Shown here: positions 29,830 through 32,000 of the stretch, piece by piece
How the letters are laid out: each line of letters opens with the position of its first letter
Position numbering within the stretch: the first letter of the stretch is position 1
Assembly: GCF_000039765.1 (NCBI RefSeq)
Contig: NC_004459.3
Coordinates: forward strand, 270,001 to 302,000
Origin: Vibrio vulnificus CMCP6
GTDB taxonomy: Bacteria > Pseudomonadota > Gammaproteobacteria > Enterobacterales > Vibrionaceae
Length of the DNA stretch: 32,000 nucleotides
Direction of reading: 5' to 3'
Position numbers and translations under genes: made by a program
The notes under the pieces: model-generated
The model's database searches: none
What the model was told of the DNA's origin: nothing
What the model saw: the letters and a program-made list of their open reading frames with translations, nothing else

Positions 29830-31278
29830 CTATGGGCGATACACTTTAACGTTGTTAAAGCCTTGCTCTTGTAGGTAGAGAGCTTGCAAACGGCTCATCA
29901 CACCGCGAGCACAGTAAAGCAGATACGTTTTCGACTGGTCTAAGTCACCAAATTGCGTGCTGAGCTTGTAAAACGGAATGTGTTTTACCTCAACACCATC
30001 GATCTCTAGCGGACTGTCGTCTTCTTCATCTGGGCTACGAATATCCAGCACCACAGCGTGCTCTTCAATCGCTTGAACTTGCTCTACTTCTGGCGCTGCT
30101 TGCGCCGACTCTTTCGCGATATCACGAATGTCCATTTGACGGGCATTGCGTACCACTTGTTCCAAGATATCGAAATTGAAGTTGGCTTCTTCCGCTTCGA
30201 GCTTCTCTTTGACTGCTTTCACGGTTGGCTTCTTCGAAATCACGCCACAGTATTCTGGCATGGTTTTGGCGAAATCTTCGGTGCCGATGTCACGTGCAAC
30301 TTTAATGATCTCGTCTTTATCCCAGTTGATTAGAGGACGTAGAATCAAACGATCGGTCACCACATCAATGTGGCGTAAGTTGGTCAAAGTTTGGCTTGAT
30401 ACTTGGCCTAGGGCTTCACCAGTTACCAAAGCTTGAATATCAAACTTCTCGGCAACCATGCCAGCTGCACGCATGAACATACGTTTTAGCACAACGCCCA
30501 TTTGACCGTCTTCAACCTTCTCTAAAATCTCCGCCACTACAGGCTCAAAATCAACAGAGATGAAGCGAACTTTGGCTGAAGAGCCGTATTTGTTCCACAA
30601 GAAGTGAGCCACTTGTTTTACGCCGATTTCATGCGCAGGGCCACCCAGATTGAAGAAACAGTAATGCACTTTAGAGCCACGCTTGATGTGCAGATAGCTC
30701 GAAACACCCGAATCAAAACCACCAGAGATCAGGCTCAGCAGATCTTCTTGCGTGCCCAGAGGGAAACCGCCAAGACCTTTGTGATGGGCCAAAATCTGGT
30801 TCAGTTTGTCATCCACCACTTCAATCTTGATGGTAATGTCTGGGTTGTGCAGTTTGACCGAGGCGCTCTCGACCGATTGATTTAAGCCACCACCGACGTA
30901 ACGCTCCAGCTCAATTGAGGTAAAGTCATGCTTACCACGGCGCTTAGCACGCACCACAAAGGTTTTGTTTTCAATGCGCTCGCGGCTGAGCTCCAACACT
31001 TGCTCATAGATGTCGTGCAGATCTTTAAAGCCAGATTGCTTCACTTCCAACACTTGCTGAATGCCAGGTGTCGTCGTCAAGATTTCGAGCACTTGTTGGT
31101 AATATTGATGGCTGTTAGCCGACACTTCGATATGATCGCGACGGTTAAAGACAGCCACAGATTCAGTGCGATTCTGAATAATGATTCGGATGTTGCTCTC
31201 AAGAATCTTGGTAAAGCGCTTACGTACCGACTCACTCTTTACAAAAATTTCTGGATGGGGCTTTACAATAAATTTCAT
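29830..31278 (-). CDS. thiI: tRNA 4-thiouridine sulfurtransferase / thiamine thiazole biosynthesis protein ThiI
   Basis: THUMP domain, [23 protein letters not shown]-loop, C-terminal rhodanese-like [17 protein letters not shown]. Confidence 0.97.
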   Translation of the reverse strand: MKFIVKPHPEIFVKSESVRKRFTKILESNIRIIIQNRTESVAVFNRRDHIEVSANSHQYYQQVLEILTTTPGIQQVLEVKQSGFKDLHDIYEQVLELSRERIENKTFVVRAKRRGKHDFTSIELERYVGGGLNQSVESASVKLHNPDITIKIEVVDDKLNQILAHHKGLGGFPLGTQEDLLSLISGGFDSGVSSYLHIKRGSKVHYCFFNLGGPAHEIGVKQVAHFLWNKYGSSAKVRFISVDFEPVVAEILEKVEDGQMGVVLKRMFMRAAGMVAEKFDIQALVTGEALGQVSSQTLTNLRHIDVVTDRLILRPLINWDKDEIIKVARDIGTEDFAKTMPEYCGVISKKPTVKAVKEKLEAEEANFNFDILEQVVRNARQMDIRDIAKESAQAAPEVEQVQAIEEHAVVLDIRSPDEEDDSPLEIDGVEVKHIPFYKLSTQFGDLDQSKTYLLYCARGVMSRLQALYLQEQGFNNVKVYRP

Positions 31279-31422
31279 AGTTCAATTCGCAGTCTGTTGG
31301 CTATCAATTCACACCGCAGCTTGCACTAAGGTGTGGGACTTAGGGCGCAAGATTATACACGAATTATAACCATAAAAAAGACGAGCATTTCTGCTCATCT
31401 TTTATTCAACTGACGTACCCAA

Positions 31423-32000
31423 TTACTGGTCTTGAGGAATGGCTGGAATTTCATCACTATACAAAGGCTCACCTTGCATAATGCTGATTTCCACTCGGCG
31501 GTTTCTTGCTCGGTTTTCTTCAGTATCGTTATCGACCAGAGGATCGGTATCAGCCATGCCTCGCACCCGTAGGCGCTGATGAGAAAATCCGCGCACTTTT
31601 TCCATCTCTTGCGCCACCGAAACGGCACGTTGCGCAGAGAGATCCCAGTTAGAACGATAAAGCTCCGAATCAAGACGCTGATTGTCCGTGTGGCCTGAAA
31701 TCCGCACAATGCCAGGGACATCTTTCACCAACTCAGCAATTTGTCGCACTAGCGGGCGGAATTTCGGCTGCAAGAACGCAGAGCCTTCTGGGAAGGCGCC
31801 CTTCTCTCGCATGCGAATCACAATTTGCTGCCCCAAGTTTTCCACTTCAATCGCCCCTTGCTCTATTTCACGCTCAAGGGCCTTCTTGATGCTTTCCATC
31901 AGCGTTTCCATCTCTTTCGACATGGCTTCCGATTGCTGCTGTTGCTGTTGTTGTTCGGTATTTTGGTTGGTCTGGGTCGAGGTTTCAGGCGACTGCCCGC
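31423..32000 (-). CDS. pomB: Flagellar stator protein PomB/MotB, C-terminal OmpA-like domain; N-terminal part lies beyond the window
   Basis: OmpA/MotB peptidoglycan-binding motif ISGHTDNQRL...NWDLSAQRAVSVAQEM...RVRGMADTDPLVDNDTEENRARNRRVEISI. Frame stays open to base 32000 through a Q/T-rich linker (GQSPETSTQTNQNTEQQQQQQQSEAMSKEM). Confidence 0.93.
   Translation of the reverse strand, partial: GQSPETSTQTNQNTEQQQQQQQSEAMSKEMETLMESIKKALEREIEQGAIEVENLGQQIVIRMREKGAFPEGSAFLQPKFRPLVRQIAELVKDVPGIVRISGHTDNQRLDSELYRSNWDLSAQRAVSVAQEMEKVRGFSHQRLRVRGMADTDPLVDNDTEENRARNRRVEISIMQGEPLYSDEIPAIPQDQ

Noticed and set aside
31923-32000. CAG/CAA-type microsatellite (TTGCTGCTGTTGCTG...)
   Set aside because: Explained as the in-frame poly-Gln linker of PomB/MotB; interesting only as a possible phase/length-variable tract, with no direct evidence in a single sequence.

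Overview
This window is an ordinary chromosomal core region of a Vibrio-type gammaproteobacterium. The genus is inferred from protein content and gene order, not from a database search. From left to right it carries: a 5'-truncated rodA, rlpA, dacA, ybeD, lipB and lipA; a small orphan lipoprotein; glyA; a YitT-family membrane protein; the trehalose cluster treC-treB-treR; gmhB; the metNIQ methionine ABC transporter; a DUF2310-like Zn-ribbon protein with syd; queF; a TPR/transmembrane protein with a degenerate GGDEF-like domain beside a cytoplasmic diguanylate cyclase (position of V. cholerae cdgG); ppnN; xni; a secreted DRGH-type nuclease; rlmM; a DUF423 protein; an alpha/beta-hydrolase; gcvA; thiI; and the C-terminal part of pomB/motB. 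No phage, CRISPR array, tRNA/rRNA or defence island is supported. The most useful items missing from the ORF track are: (1) a clear GcvB small RNA divergent from gcvA (~28902-29109, +); (2) a pair of overlapping predicted small membrane proteins (55 and 36 aa) between thiI and gcvB; (3) a 266-bp MITE/ERIC-like element with 24-bp terminal inverted repeats that supplies the end of the 36-aa ORF; (4) a degenerate GGDEF ('FSDAN') next to a cyclase with an 'SGEEF' active site and no RxxD I-site; (5) two back-to-back perfect dyads upstream of the nuclease; (6) TreR, MetJ and PurR operator-like sites. I did not find a convincing previously undescribed multi-gene system.
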